Assembly: GCA_964430885.1 (NCBI GenBank)
Contig: CAYSHM010000003.1
Span: forward strand, 1-64,000
DNA length: 64,000 bases
Direction: 5' to 3'
DNA from: an uncultured archaeon
GTDB lineage: Archaea > Thermoplasmatota > Penumbrarchaeia > JASLWR01
Translations under genes and position numbers: made by a program
In this document: in pieces, positions 39,060 through 48,970 of the stretch
Layout: each line of letters starts with the position of its first letter
Position numbering within the stretch: position 1 is the first letter of the stretch
Notes under the pieces: model-generated
Databases searched by the model: none
What the model saw: only the letters and a program-made list of their open reading frames with translations
Told to the model about the DNA's origin: nothing

Positions 39060-39207
39060 TCATGAAAAACCAATAAGTGTTTTTCATTTATTCCTGAATA
39101 TAATTTCAATCAACCATTTGTATTTGTGTAAGAGATATCTATTCCTATAAAATCAAATCGGTACAACTCTGACAAGCCAATATTTTCCTATGTGAAAATT
39201 GGTTTAT

Positions 39208-40200
39208 TCAGATCCACCATTCCAAGAGCTTCTTTGGCCAACGATCCCGATACCATGAAATAGTCAAGGACAATCCTTTTTCCAGACCCATCTTCGGCAT
39301 CCAGCCAGTCAGTTCAGTTATCTTTGAGGAATCCACAGCATGTCTTCTTACTGGACAAGGTCTCTCAGGAACCCAAGCCACGGTTTTATCCAATCTCCTC
39401 TGAAAACCTTCACATAGTAATTGAGCTATTTCATTCACTGATCGTTCAATACCCGATCCTATGTTGAAAACCTCTCCCGCAAACTGTTTTTGGAAATCTG
39501 AATGGGACATTAACCAATATATTGCTAGGCATGTATCTCTAACGTATAACCATTCCCGTTTGTTATTTCCTTCTCCGTAAATGGGGATAGGTTCACCCGA
39601 GAGTAATTTCGTAACGAAACATGGTATCAATTTTTCCGGAAATTGCCTAGGGCCGTAATTATTTGTGGGACGGACAACACAAATAGGGAGATCATAATTC
39701 AAGTGGTAGTTCTGGGACAGCAGGTCCATTGAAGCCTTGGATACGGCATAGGGATTCGAGGGATTAAGAGGAACCGATTCTGGAACTGGATATTCAGTGG
39801 ATCCATAGACCTCATCTGATGATATGATGATAATACCCTCCAGATCACTTTTTCTGCAGCATTCGAGGAGAGACAAGGTGCCCATCACATTGGTTTCAAA
39901 GAACGACTCAGCAGACCCAAGGGAACGGTCCACATGGGTTTCACCGGCAAAATGGACAACCCAATCACTATTTCCCATAATATCGCCAAGCAGAGAACTG
40001 TCAAGAACTGAACCATTAATCAACTTCACCTGGGAAGACCCATCATGCTTAACCAGATTTCTCTGTGAAGCGCAATAGGTCCCTGCATCCAGAACGATGA
40101 GCTCGATATCATTTTCATTCGATAGTATGACATCTACAAAATGTGAACCTATGAAACCTAGGCCGCCAGTCACCAGGAGTCTTTTCCCTTTGATGCCCAT
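39208..40200 (-). CDS. rfbB: dTDP-glucose 4,6-dehydratase
   Basis: GGLGFIG, ETHVDRS, SSDEVYG, YAVSK, NNYGPRQFPEKLIP. Confidence 0.88.
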   Translation of the reverse strand: MGIKGKRLLVTGGLGFIGSHFVDVILSNENDIELIVLDAGTYCASQRNLVKHDGSSQVKLINGSVLDSSLLGDIMGNSDWVVHFAGETHVDRSLGSAESFFETNVMGTLSLLECCRKSDLEGIIIISSDEVYGSTEYPVPESVPLNPSNPYAVSKASMDLLSQNYHLNYDLPICVVRPTNNYGPRQFPEKLIPCFVTKLLSGEPIPIYGEGNNKREWLYVRDTCLAIYWLMSHSDFQKQFAGEVFNIGSGIERSVNEIAQLLCEGFQRRLDKTVAWVPERPCPVRRHAVDSSKITELTGWMPKMGLEKGLSLTISWYRDRWPKKLLEWWI

Positions 40201-40215
40201 TGTTATCCTCCTAAT

Positions 40216-41178
40216 TTACATCCCGGATATTTCCAAGTATTTCTCATTCACCTCGGCTTTAGAGAAGGTAAGAACAGGAAAGAAAATCGGTAATCTGGCC
40301 TTTGGGATTGAATTGGACCTGATCAATTCCGGCATCTCATCCATAGTAAATCCCACTACAAGGGCATCAGACCCTGTGAACCCGCACCTTTCCAAAAGAT
40401 ATTCCAATGTTGATCTTGTATCCTGGCACACATCATCATCATCATCATCAAGGAAATCCAGCTTTGGTTTTATCAAATATCGGTCAAGAATCCTCATTAA
40501 TTCTTCCTTTTCAAGGGATTCCCTATAAATGTCAGGCGTGTAAATGAATCGCCCTCGGTTCCCCCTTTTCATCATTAGATAGGCCCCTACAATACTATCT
40601 CTATTTCCCAATGCGAACACCGAACTACCGGAAACTCCGTACGGAAGACCCCCCAATCCTTCTACTACACGATGATATATATAGGTTTTATTCTGCCGTA
40701 TCTCTATGTGTATGGTAATATCCGGCGAGGTCAGATCTACCCGAACTCCGGCGAACATATCTGAATCCATAATTGCTGAGCCAGCCTCTATGTTGATTTC
40801 CTGTGAAGAATAGCTATGCGAGCCAATGCGTTTTGTCCTAACTGCAAAACTGACATTGTTCGACATTACCTTTTCAGCGTAGCCGGAGGATATTTTAATT
40901 ATACTTTCCTTGGCCGATATATCATGTATTTGTCCCGGTGAAAAACTTACTATTCCGAATACTGATGAGAGAATAACCTTGGCCTTCTCCATATCTTCAG
41001 GATATACGTATAATCTGGACATGGTCTTTTCAATAAAACAGTCCAGGTCCTTCTTTAGAAATAATTGTGAAATGTTTCTTTCAAGTGCGGAAATAAACCT
41101 TTTTCTCACTCTTGGGGATTTTGTCCCTATCTCGCCGAACCTGACAATGAAAAAGTCGTTTCCTTTTATGAAGTCCAT
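40216..41178 (-). CDS. ThiI-like THUMP protein with degenerate PP-loop domain
   Basis: VRFGEIGTKS, SFAVRTKR, VDLTSPD, GLGGLPYG and YLMMKRG present; SGGIDS absent. Confidence 0.8.
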   Translation of the reverse strand: MDFIKGNDFFIVRFGEIGTKSPRVRKRFISALERNISQLFLKKDLDCFIEKTMSRLYVYPEDMEKAKVILSSVFGIVSFSPGQIHDISAKESIIKISSGYAEKVMSNNVSFAVRTKRIGSHSYSSQEINIEAGSAIMDSDMFAGVRVDLTSPDITIHIEIRQNKTYIYHRVVEGLGGLPYGVSGSSVFALGNRDSIVGAYLMMKRGNRGRFIYTPDIYRESLEKEELMRILDRYLIKPKLDFLDDDDDDVCQDTRSTLEYLLERCGFTGSDALVVGFTMDEMPELIRSNSIPKARLPIFFPVLTFSKAEVNEKYLEISGM

Positions 41179-41372
41179 GATATTACTCCTCGGGGTGTAA
41201 TTGTGCTTCTGTTTTATCTTTTTATCCGGATTATTCTGGATGGAATCTTCTATTATCATAAACAAATCAAATGCGCTGGCAGGAAAATTATGATTACTGG
41301 ATGCAGGGCAAAGAATAAGGTAAATTGAAATAGGATAATCCAATTATTTTCTCTATCGATCTGTTATTGATT

Positions 41373-41445
41373 TTCCATAGATGATGATAAAACCCTTGTT
41401 GAACCCAAATAGGTAATGAAAGGGATCTTGAGTACTGATATGGGA
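41373..41445 (+). ncRNA. Box C/D guide sRNA (predicted target tRNA-Leu(CAA) C34)
   Basis: Terminal stem TTCCATA/TATGGGA; C box ATGATGA 41381; D' TTGA 41399; C' GTAATGA 41413; D box CTGA 41435; D guide antisense to ACUCAAGAUCCCU. Confidence 0.8.
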
Positions 41446-41487
41446 CATGAGAAAATTTTTATAAATATGCTTTAGGGTGATGAAATA

Positions 41488-42945
41488 ATGAGTAAAAAAG
41501 GAGAGATGAAGAAAAAGGAAAAGGGCTCCAAATTAGAAAAAAAACTGTCCTATACACCGGACAACATCTGGGATGGCAGTGACAAAAAAGATGTAAAAAA
41601 GATATTCAGTTTTTCCAATGACTACATGGACTTTCTATCAAACAACAAGACTGAAAGGCAGTGTGTAAAATTTTTTGAAGGGCTGGCCATGGAAAAGGGA
41701 TACAAGTGTATTGACGATATCAAAGGTAAAATCAAAGCCGGAGATAGGATATATCTCAAGAACAAGGAAAAAAACCTAGTTCTCTTTGATGTTGGCAAAT
41801 CGCCTCTGGAACTGGGTTTGAACATAATAGGGGCTCATGTGGATTCACCCAGACTTGATCTGAAACCCATGCCCTTGACAGAGGATAAGGAATCAAATCT
41901 ATCACTTCTCAGAACCCATTACTACGGGGGTATCAAGAAATATCAATGGGTGAACATTCCATTGTCCCTTCAAGGCGTGATAGTAAAGGAGGATGGGAAA
42001 AGGATCGATGTCAATATAGGTGAGGGGCCTGATGATCCAGTATTGGTGATATCAGACCTACTGCCCCATCTATCCCAGAAACAGAATCGAAGAAAGCTCA
42101 GCGTCGGCATTACAGGGGAAGAACTTCAGGCCATTGTCGGATCAATCCCTATGGATGATGTGAAGGCTAAAAATAAAATAAAATTGCGGGTCCTGAAGGA
42201 GCTGAACGAGAGATATGGTACTACTGAACAGGACCTGATATCATCCGAACTGCAGCTTGTTCCTTCAGGCAAAGCCAGACATATAGGTTTCGATAAAGGC
42301 CTCATAGGTGCCTACGGCCAGGACGACAGAATATGCGCCTATACCTCGGTAATGGGGCTCCTCAACAAGAAAAAAAGCGGAAAATCCAAAAGGACCTCCG
42401 TGTGCATTCTATTTGATAGAGAGGAGGTGGGAAGCGATGGCCCTACTGGTGTCAAATCCCGATTCCTCTATAATGCCGTTGGCGAGATCATGTACGCAAT
42501 GAACAAGGACACAAGGGAAAGAGACGTCCGAAGATCTCTTGAAAACTCATTCTGTCTTTCCGCCGATGTCAACGGGGCCCTTAACCCTCTTTTCAAAAAC
42601 GTGAATGAAAAACAGAACACGGCAAGACTGGGAAGAGGAATCGTCATAACGAAATACACTGGATCCCGAGGAAAATACAGCTCAAATGAAGCGAATGCTG
42701 AATTCGTGGCCAAGATAAGAAAAATACTGAACAAGAAGAAAGTGCTTTGGCAGACTGGCGAGCTGGGAAAGGTCGATGAGGGAGGGGGAGGAACAGTTGC
42801 TAAGTTTTTAGCCGAACATAACATGGATGTTATCGATGCAGGGGCCGCACTGGTAAGCATGCACTCCCCTTTCGAGATTTCAAGTAAAGCCGATGTTTTT
42901 TCAGCATATATGGCCTACAGAACATTCTATGAAGAAATGGCATGA
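41488..42945 (+). CDS. M18 family aminopeptidase
   Basis: GAHVDSPRLDLKP, HYYGGIKKYQW, GQDDR, DREEVGS, LSADV, SMHSP. Confidence 0.93.
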   Translation: MSKKGEMKKKEKGSKLEKKLSYTPDNIWDGSDKKDVKKIFSFSNDYMDFLSNNKTERQCVKFFEGLAMEKGYKCIDDIKGKIKAGDRIYLKNKEKNLVLFDVGKSPLELGLNIIGAHVDSPRLDLKPMPLTEDKESNLSLLRTHYYGGIKKYQWVNIPLSLQGVIVKEDGKRIDVNIGEGPDDPVLVISDLLPHLSQKQNRRKLSVGITGEELQAIVGSIPMDDVKAKNKIKLRVLKELNERYGTTEQDLISSELQLVPSGKARHIGFDKGLIGAYGQDDRICAYTSVMGLLNKKKSGKSKRTSVCILFDREEVGSDGPTGVKSRFLYNAVGEIMYAMNKDTRERDVRRSLENSFCLSADVNGALNPLFKNVNEKQNTARLGRGIVITKYTGSRGKYSSNEANAEFVAKIRKILNKKKVLWQTGELGKVDEGGGGTVAKFLAEHNMDVIDAGAALVSMHSPFEISSKADVFSAYMAYRTFYEEMA

Positions 42946-42950
42946 CACAT

Positions 42951-44759
42951 CTATTCAACCGTTACACTCTTAGCAAGATTTTTCGGTTTATCAATAGAAC
43001 AGCCTAGCTCAAGTGCACAGTAATATGAGAGCAATTGCTCAACAACAGTTATTGGAATAGGCGTCAGGAGTTCATCGACACGGGGTATACATAGGACATG
43101 ATCCACATACTTCTCCATTTCGGTGTCATCTTCAGACAGTATACCTATTACCGGAGCATCCCTTGAAAGTACCTCGCCTATATTGGAGGCCATCTTATCA
43201 TAGATGAAATCCTTTGGGGCCAGAGCTATCACAGGGGTCTTGTCATCAAGAAGAGCTATAGGGCCGTGTTTAAGTTCCCCCGCAGGATAGCCTTCAGCAT
43301 GAATATAGGATATCTCCTTTAATTTCAGAGCGCCTTCAAGGGCCGTGGGGTAATTTATATTCCGGCCTATGAAGAATATTGAACTAGCAGTAGAAAGCTC
43401 CTTGGCGACTGCCTGTATTAGAGACGTATCATTCAACACTATCTCGATGTTTCGAGGCATCTTCCTCAATTGCTGGTTCAGCTGCCGGGCCCTCTCGGGA
43501 GGCAAAGTACCCCTGCTGACACCCAATTGAATGCTAATAAGATACATTATCAATAATTGAGTAATGAAGGATTTAGACGCTGCAACACCTATTTCAGGAC
43601 CTGCATTTGTATATATCGTCTCATCAACAACCCTTGTAATAGATGAACCCAAAACATTAGTGACTCCAATGGTGATCAAACCTCTGCTGACCGCCTCCTT
43701 GGCAGCAGCAAGAGTGTCCGCAGTCTCTCCGCTTTGACTGATGAAAATAATGACCTGTTCATCGGATGTGGGGTCAAGATACCTGTACTCGGAACCTATC
43801 TCCACCTGACAGGGTAAACCTGTGAGGTGTGTGATGGCATATCGGCCTACCAATCCAGCATGGAAAGATGTACCGCAAGCAACTATCTTGATGTTTTTGA
43901 TCTTGGAATACTTCTCCTTCAAGAGCGGAGATACAAAAACATCCCCGGAAGAGGAAATTTTTCCCAGCATGGATTCCCGAAGAGCCTTGGGCTGCTCGAA
44001 GATCTCCTTGAGCATGAAATGCTCATACCCCCCCTTTTCTGCATCCTCAAGGGTCCATAATATTTCCTGAGGATCAATATCAATCGGTCTGCCTTCATTG
44101 TCGAACAGATCAACATTATCACTTCTTAACACAGCTCCATTTCCTTCATCCAAATATATTACCTTATTTGTATGACCCAATATTGCTGGTACATCAGAGG
44201 CAACCATATTCTCACCCTGGCCTACACCAACAACCAAGGGACTCTGATATCTATAAGCAACAATTTCACCAGGGTGATCCTTATGAAGAACGGCCAAAGC
44301 AAAAGAGCCCCTTAGTTTGGAGACCGTTTTAACCATAGCCTTCTTGAGATCGCCAGCGTAGGCATCCTCGAACAGGTGGGCCACTAATTCCGAATCCGTA
44401 TCGGATATGACATTATGCCCTTTTTCCTTGATCTCCATTTTCAGGGTATGAAAGTTCTCCAAAATCCCATTATGCACTACCGCAATATCGCCTTGGCAAT
44501 CAGTATGCGGATGGGAATTCAATTTGGAAGGGGCACCGTGAGTTGCCCATCGGGTATGGCCTATGCCTGCTGTTTCATGGGCTCTATCAAGAGGTTTTTC
44601 CAGATCTTTTATCCGGCCCTTGTTCTTGAATATTCGGATTGAATCCTTCACCAGAGCTATACCTGCGGAATCATAACCCCTGTATTCCAACCGTTTTAGG
44701 GCTTTGAGAAGAATCTCCTGGGCCTCGCTCTGCCCCATATATCCCACAATGCCGCACAT
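42951..44759 (-). CDS. glmS: Glutamine-fructose-6-phosphate transaminase
   Basis: MCGIVG, LEYRGYDSAG, GHTRWATHG, SQSGETADT, KPKNLAKSVTVE. Confidence 0.97.
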   Translation of the reverse strand: MCGIVGYMGQSEAQEILLKALKRLEYRGYDSAGIALVKDSIRIFKNKGRIKDLEKPLDRAHETAGIGHTRWATHGAPSKLNSHPHTDCQGDIAVVHNGILENFHTLKMEIKEKGHNVISDTDSELVAHLFEDAYAGDLKKAMVKTVSKLRGSFALAVLHKDHPGEIVAYRYQSPLVVGVGQGENMVASDVPAILGHTNKVIYLDEGNGAVLRSDNVDLFDNEGRPIDIDPQEILWTLEDAEKGGYEHFMLKEIFEQPKALRESMLGKISSSGDVFVSPLLKEKYSKIKNIKIVACGTSFHAGLVGRYAITHLTGLPCQVEIGSEYRYLDPTSDEQVIIFISQSGETADTLAAAKEAVSRGLITIGVTNVLGSSITRVVDETIYTNAGPEIGVAASKSFITQLLIMYLISIQLGVSRGTLPPERARQLNQQLRKMPRNIEIVLNDTSLIQAVAKELSTASSIFFIGRNINYPTALEGALKLKEISYIHAEGYPAGELKHGPIALLDDKTPVIALAPKDFIYDKMASNIGEVLSRDAPVIGILSEDDTEMEKYVDHVLCIPRVDELLTPIPITVVEQLLSYYCALELGCSIDKPKNLAKSVTVE

Positions 44760-44775
44760 TTCCATCCACTCCCTT

Positions 44776-46044
44776 TTACCTCACCATTCGTGTTGAATCC
44801 GGAACGTCGCTTACAACATTCACGAGAGGGTCGATATGGGAACTGGAACCCAGTATCAAACCCCCGTTGATCACTGCACCATGGGAAATATCGCAATCCT
44901 GGCCGACGATACACCCAATCCGGGTGGAATCGCCCATCCTTCCCTTCCCAATGGTATTGATTGGTATGGTCAGGGTGGAAGCTCGGGAACCGAAATTAAC
45001 TCCCTCACCCAGAACCGAGTCCTCTATCAAACAGCCCTGGCCCACCGATACATCATTCATCAGTATTGAATTGGAGATCTTGGTGAAACAGTCCACAGTC
45101 ACATTATCTCCTATGGAAGTGGAAGGATATATTACAGAATTTGGACCTATCTCGCAACCCGCGCCTATCACCACCGGTCCCTTAATATAGCTATTAGGAT
45201 GGATGAGCGTACCTTTTCCTATTGATATATCACCGACGAGTGTAGCACCATCCTTGATAACACCTGATTTTTCAACTTCAAAACCGAGAAGAGCCTGGTC
45301 ATTCAACTGCAGAAGGTCCCATGGGAATATGGCATCCTTCCAAATACTTGCCCGGACTGCCCCTATCCTTGCCTCATTATCGATCATATGTTTGATTAGT
45401 CCAGTGATATTATTCCTCTCCTTGCCTGCTATCTCTTCCATATGGCTGAATATTTCTGGTTGGAATCGGCATATGCAGGTGAATATCAATCCCGTGGTGT
45501 TGCTGCAGCCTTCATATGCCCTTATAGCATGGGTTATAACATTATGTGATGTGAAAGAACCGCCTTCCTCTGAAACGCTGGTATTGACCCTGATGTCAGT
45601 AATATATCCGTCCCTTATGCTCACAATACCGTACTTGGAAAGCGCGGTCGACTCTGCGAAAAGAATACTGTTGGGTTCAATTTCAGCACGCAGAAGAGGT
45701 TCAAGGGTTGAGCTCTCAATATAATTATCTCCCGGAAGCACTATGAAATCAGAATCCAAAAGGTGCCTTGCCTGTCTTAAAGCATCTCCAGTACCAAGGG
45801 GTTTTTTCTGCATAACGAATTGGATATTGACCCCGAAATCACCCCCGTCCCCGAAATGCCTCAATATCTTCTCCTTCTTGTAGCCGACAACCATTACAAT
45901 GTCCTGTATACCCACCTCTTTCAATGCGCTTATCAGATGCTCTAATATAGGTTTGTTGGCAATGGATACCATCCCTTTGGTCATGGAATTCGTCAAGGGC
46001 CGGATCCGAGTCCCCTCGCCTGCGGTTAGGATTACTGCCTTCAT
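44776..46044 (-). CDS. Bifunctional sugar-1-phosphate nucleotidyltransferase/acetyltransferase (GlmU-like)
   Basis: AGEGTRIRPLT, LGTGDA, C-terminal hexapeptide repeats; upstream of glmS. Confidence 0.85.
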   Translation of the reverse strand: MKAVILTAGEGTRIRPLTNSMTKGMVSIANKPILEHLISALKEVGIQDIVMVVGYKKEKILRHFGDGGDFGVNIQFVMQKKPLGTGDALRQARHLLDSDFIVLPGDNYIESSTLEPLLRAEIEPNSILFAESTALSKYGIVSIRDGYITDIRVNTSVSEEGGSFTSHNVITHAIRAYEGCSNTTGLIFTCICRFQPEIFSHMEEIAGKERNNITGLIKHMIDNEARIGAVRASIWKDAIFPWDLLQLNDQALLGFEVEKSGVIKDGATLVGDISIGKGTLIHPNSYIKGPVVIGAGCEIGPNSVIYPSTSIGDNVTVDCFTKISNSILMNDVSVGQGCLIEDSVLGEGVNFGSRASTLTIPINTIGKGRMGDSTRIGCIVGQDCDISHGAVINGGLILGSSSHIDPLVNVVSDVPDSTRMVR

Positions 46045-46117
46045 TTTCAGCACCGCTTATTGAAAAATGTCTGATATTATAAAAATGCAACATTGATATT
46101 GGTCCCAAAACCACATA

Positions 46118-47467
46118 TTATTCCACATCATTGAATTCATCCAAAGCCTGCAGGGAAAATATATAGCCCATTATGGGTTTATGAAATGTGAGTTCACCAT
46201 GTAGAATAAAATAGCTTCCTTTATCCTCCAGTATGTCTGAAAGCATGGCCAGAATCTCATTTTTCATTTCACTGTCATTTTGGATGTATATTGGAATTTG
46301 ACATTCCCCGTATTCATCGGTGATTTGGTAGGGAATATGAATTAAATTTGTGCTTTTATTTAATGAATCGCCATTATGGTCATTTTCATTCGAACCGTCC
46401 ATTGGATCATTATCTGAAGAACCGGTATGTATCTGAGCAGTTAATCTTACCTGGGCATCCTCATATAGATAATGTACTGAGGTCAAGTCCGAGAAGGTGA
46501 TATTCTCAGGCTGAGAGCTATGGACCAATAAAGCTGATACGGCCTCCATATAAAGACCCATATCCGTATCATCCTCAACTAGCTTCCCGCTTACCAAAAT
46601 AAGATCCCTTCTGTGGATGATTGAAATATTGAATTCATAAGGCAAGTGAACGTTAAGAAGCCGGCCTCCAGTTACTGTTCTGTCTGAAATTGTTATTGTA
46701 CTGAAAATGGGATCGGGTTCATAGAGAACGTATCCAGTTATGTTGACCGGAAAATAAAGAAACTCTCTTCTATTCTCAGAAAGCCTTTGAAAGGCTCTTT
46801 TTATTCCCATCTCCATGGACTCCCAAGAACCTTCAATAATAACCGCTTCGGAGTTATAGGTAACCAAATATGGATCACCATCATCCTTCAGCTGGACAAA
46901 ACCAGTAACTTTCACTTCCTGTCCAAGTGATACGTTCATCCTTATGTCATAAATGTACCAGGTTATGGAATAATCGCTTGCCGGATCGAATAACTGGGCA
47001 ATATAGAATGTTTCCCTCTGGAACAGATCGGTTACAACTCCGGTGGTACAAACATATTCGCCCTCATATCCAATCAAGGAGATCAGGGCTTTTGTGTCAT
47101 CACACACCGTATCGACCTTCTCTAGGAACGATGCCTTGTTTACCTGGATCTGGTACTCCTTATTGAATTTTACCACTTGACCCCTAACCTCAATAATATC
47201 TCCAGGATCGAAACTGCAATCTCCCGTCTCTACCACAACAGTAACAATGGTATTCTTTCCGCATATGTTGATAAATGTCTCATCTGTATCGGTATACTGT
47301 ACATCACAAACCGCTCCCTGGACCACAACCATTTCTCCTTCATGATCCTCCAATTCATCAAGGGATACATTATTAGGTTTAGCCAGTAAAGAGAATAAAA
47401 AAAGGAAACCTATCCCAATGATGCTGAATATTATAACAAATATGGCAGATCTGTTCTTCAAATCCAC
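46118..47467 (-). CDS. Membrane-anchored protein with tandem OB-fold-like repeats
   Basis: N-terminal TM; four units like EGEMVVVQGAV...GDIIEVRGQV. Confidence 0.7.
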   Translation of the reverse strand: MDLKNRSAIFVIIFSIIGIGFLFLFSLLAKPNNVSLDELEDHEGEMVVVQGAVCDVQYTDTDETFINICGKNTIVTVVVETGDCSFDPGDIIEVRGQVVKFNKEYQIQVNKASFLEKVDTVCDDTKALISLIGYEGEYVCTTGVVTDLFQRETFYIAQLFDPASDYSITWYIYDIRMNVSLGQEVKVTGFVQLKDDGDPYLVTYNSEAVIIEGSWESMEMGIKRAFQRLSENRREFLYFPVNITGYVLYEPDPIFSTITISDRTVTGGRLLNVHLPYEFNISIIHRRDLILVSGKLVEDDTDMGLYMEAVSALLVHSSQPENITFSDLTSVHYLYEDAQVRLTAQIHTGSSDNDPMDGSNENDHNGDSLNKSTNLIHIPYQITDEYGECQIPIYIQNDSEMKNEILAMLSDILEDKGSYFILHGELTFHKPIMGYIFSLQALDEFNDVE

Positions 47468-47490
47468 TCGCTCCCTATCTTAATAAAAAA

Positions 47491-47578
47491 TGGCGCCGAG
47501 AAGGAGATTTGAACTCCTGAGACGCAATGCGTCACGAGATTTCCAGTCTCGCGCCCTACCAGGCTGAGCTACCTCGGC
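47491..47578 (-). tRNA. tRNA-Ser(GGA)
   Basis: GCCGAGG acceptor, CGAGA-CTGGAAA-TCTCG anticodon arm, long variable arm GACGC/GCGTC, G73, encoded CCA. Confidence 0.96.
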
Positions 47579-47843
47579 ATTTGCATTAACAACTTAGGAC
47601 CCAAATGATCCGGCATCATGATTAGATCCAATCGCTACAATTATATCAATTTAGAACTATTTCATGACCTCCCGGATTACGTCAATTGTTTTATTTATAT
47701 TTTATCATACGGTAATTAGAATTATAAAGGTTATGGTTGGTAATGGCATTTACATCTTAAAATAAAGATAATGTTTATAATACATGTTTATGTTTAGTCC
47801 TTGAAAATATTTCCACGATCATTCAATAAAGTGGGGTGAGGGA

Positions 47844-48374
47844 ATGGCAAAGAAAAGAAAACCCAATTCCATGTACAGACAGGTAAAAAGTCAAGCCTAT
47901 ACTCGAAAAAAATATATGGGCGGCATACCTAATCCAAAAATACAAAAATTTGAAACCGGCAATCTAACGAAGGATTTTACTGTCACTATCCATCTCATTG
48001 TAAAGGAAAGATGCCAGGTCCGTCATAGTGCTCTTGAAGCTGCTAGAATTACATGTAATAGACATCTTGTTAAAAGATTGGGACGTGTGGGGTATCATTT
48101 GAAGATAAGAGTATATCCACATAATGTCCTTAGGGAAAACAAACTTGCAACAGGAGCGGGAGCCGATAGGATTTCTCAGGGAATGTCCGAGGCCTTTGGA
48201 AAGCTGGTGGGAACTGCAGCCAGAGTAAAACCCGATCAGGAAATCATCACGGTAAGTGTGGATGCAGATGCTTTCCCAATAGCAAAAGATGCACTGCGTA
48301 AGGCCAGCATGAAGATACCCTCTCCTTGTCAGATAATAGTGGCAAAGGGAAAAGAACTGCTGCCTGGTATTTGA
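47844..48374 (+). CDS. rpl10e: 50S ribosomal protein uL16 (L10e)
   Basis: YTRKKYMGG, ALEAARI, RVYPHNVLRENKLATGAGADR. Confidence 0.96.
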   Translation: MAKKRKPNSMYRQVKSQAYTRKKYMGGIPNPKIQKFETGNLTKDFTVTIHLIVKERCQVRHSALEAARITCNRHLVKRLGRVGYHLKIRVYPHNVLRENKLATGAGADRISQGMSEAFGKLVGTAARVKPDQEIITVSVDADAFPIAKDALRKASMKIPSPCQIIVAKGKELLPGI

Positions 48375-48589
48375 ATCTACATTAAAATTTTTTGGCTCTT
48401 TTTTCATTCGCATTTTAGAGCCTATATTTTATATTTTATCAAATGCAATTCCATAAAATATCAATACCACAATTAACAATTATACTACTATTAACATAAA
48501 AAAAAATTTGAAGCTATTTCAGGAATAGCTCCCGTATTTTCTTTTCAGTTTAGAAAAAATTTTAGTTCTACAAATTATCAGTTATTAAT

Positions 48590-48970
48590 TTATTCTTCTT
48601 CAATAACGAACTCTTCTACCTCTTCCACTTCCTCGGGCTCAGGTTCTTCCTCCTGAATCTCCTCCTCGGGTTCCTCCTCGGGCTCAGGTTCTTCCTCCTG
48701 AATCTCCTCCCCAGGTTCCTCGGATTCGGCTTCGGGGGCACCTTCTAACCTCTCCATAACCTCACCAAAGGCCACCCTTCTTGCCACCTTGTTGATCTTC
48801 ACTTTGATAAAATCTCCGACACTAACATCAGGTATTATTATCACAAAATTCTTCACTCTAGCTATTCCATCCCCTTCCCGTCCCAAACTTTCAATTTTCA
48901 CTTCATAGCTCTCACCCTCATTGATAGGAGGTGATCGCACAAATCGGTTTCTATTATCTCCTGGATACAA
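48590..48970 (-). CDS. Single TRAM-domain RNA-binding protein with acidic tail
   Basis: PPINEGESYEVKIESLGREGDGIARVKNFVIIIP; AGGTGA RBS, TTG start. Confidence 0.9.
   Translation of the reverse strand: MYPGDNRNRFVRSPPINEGESYEVKIESLGREGDGIARVKNFVIIIPDVSVGDFIKVKINKVARRVAFGEVMERLEGAPEAESEEPGEEIQEEEPEPEEEPEEEIQEEEPEPEEVEEVEEFVIEEE
48630..48710. repeat. 36-bp direct repeat (2 copies, period 45) in TRAM acidic tail
   Basis: TCCTCGGGCTCAGGTTCTTCCTCCTGAATCTCCTCC at 48630 and 48675, encoding EEIQEEEPEPEE. Confidence 0.9.

Noticed and set aside
18757-47578. Integrated element bounded by tRNA genes
   Set aside because: No integrase or duplicated tRNA 3' end seen; the interval holds core genes
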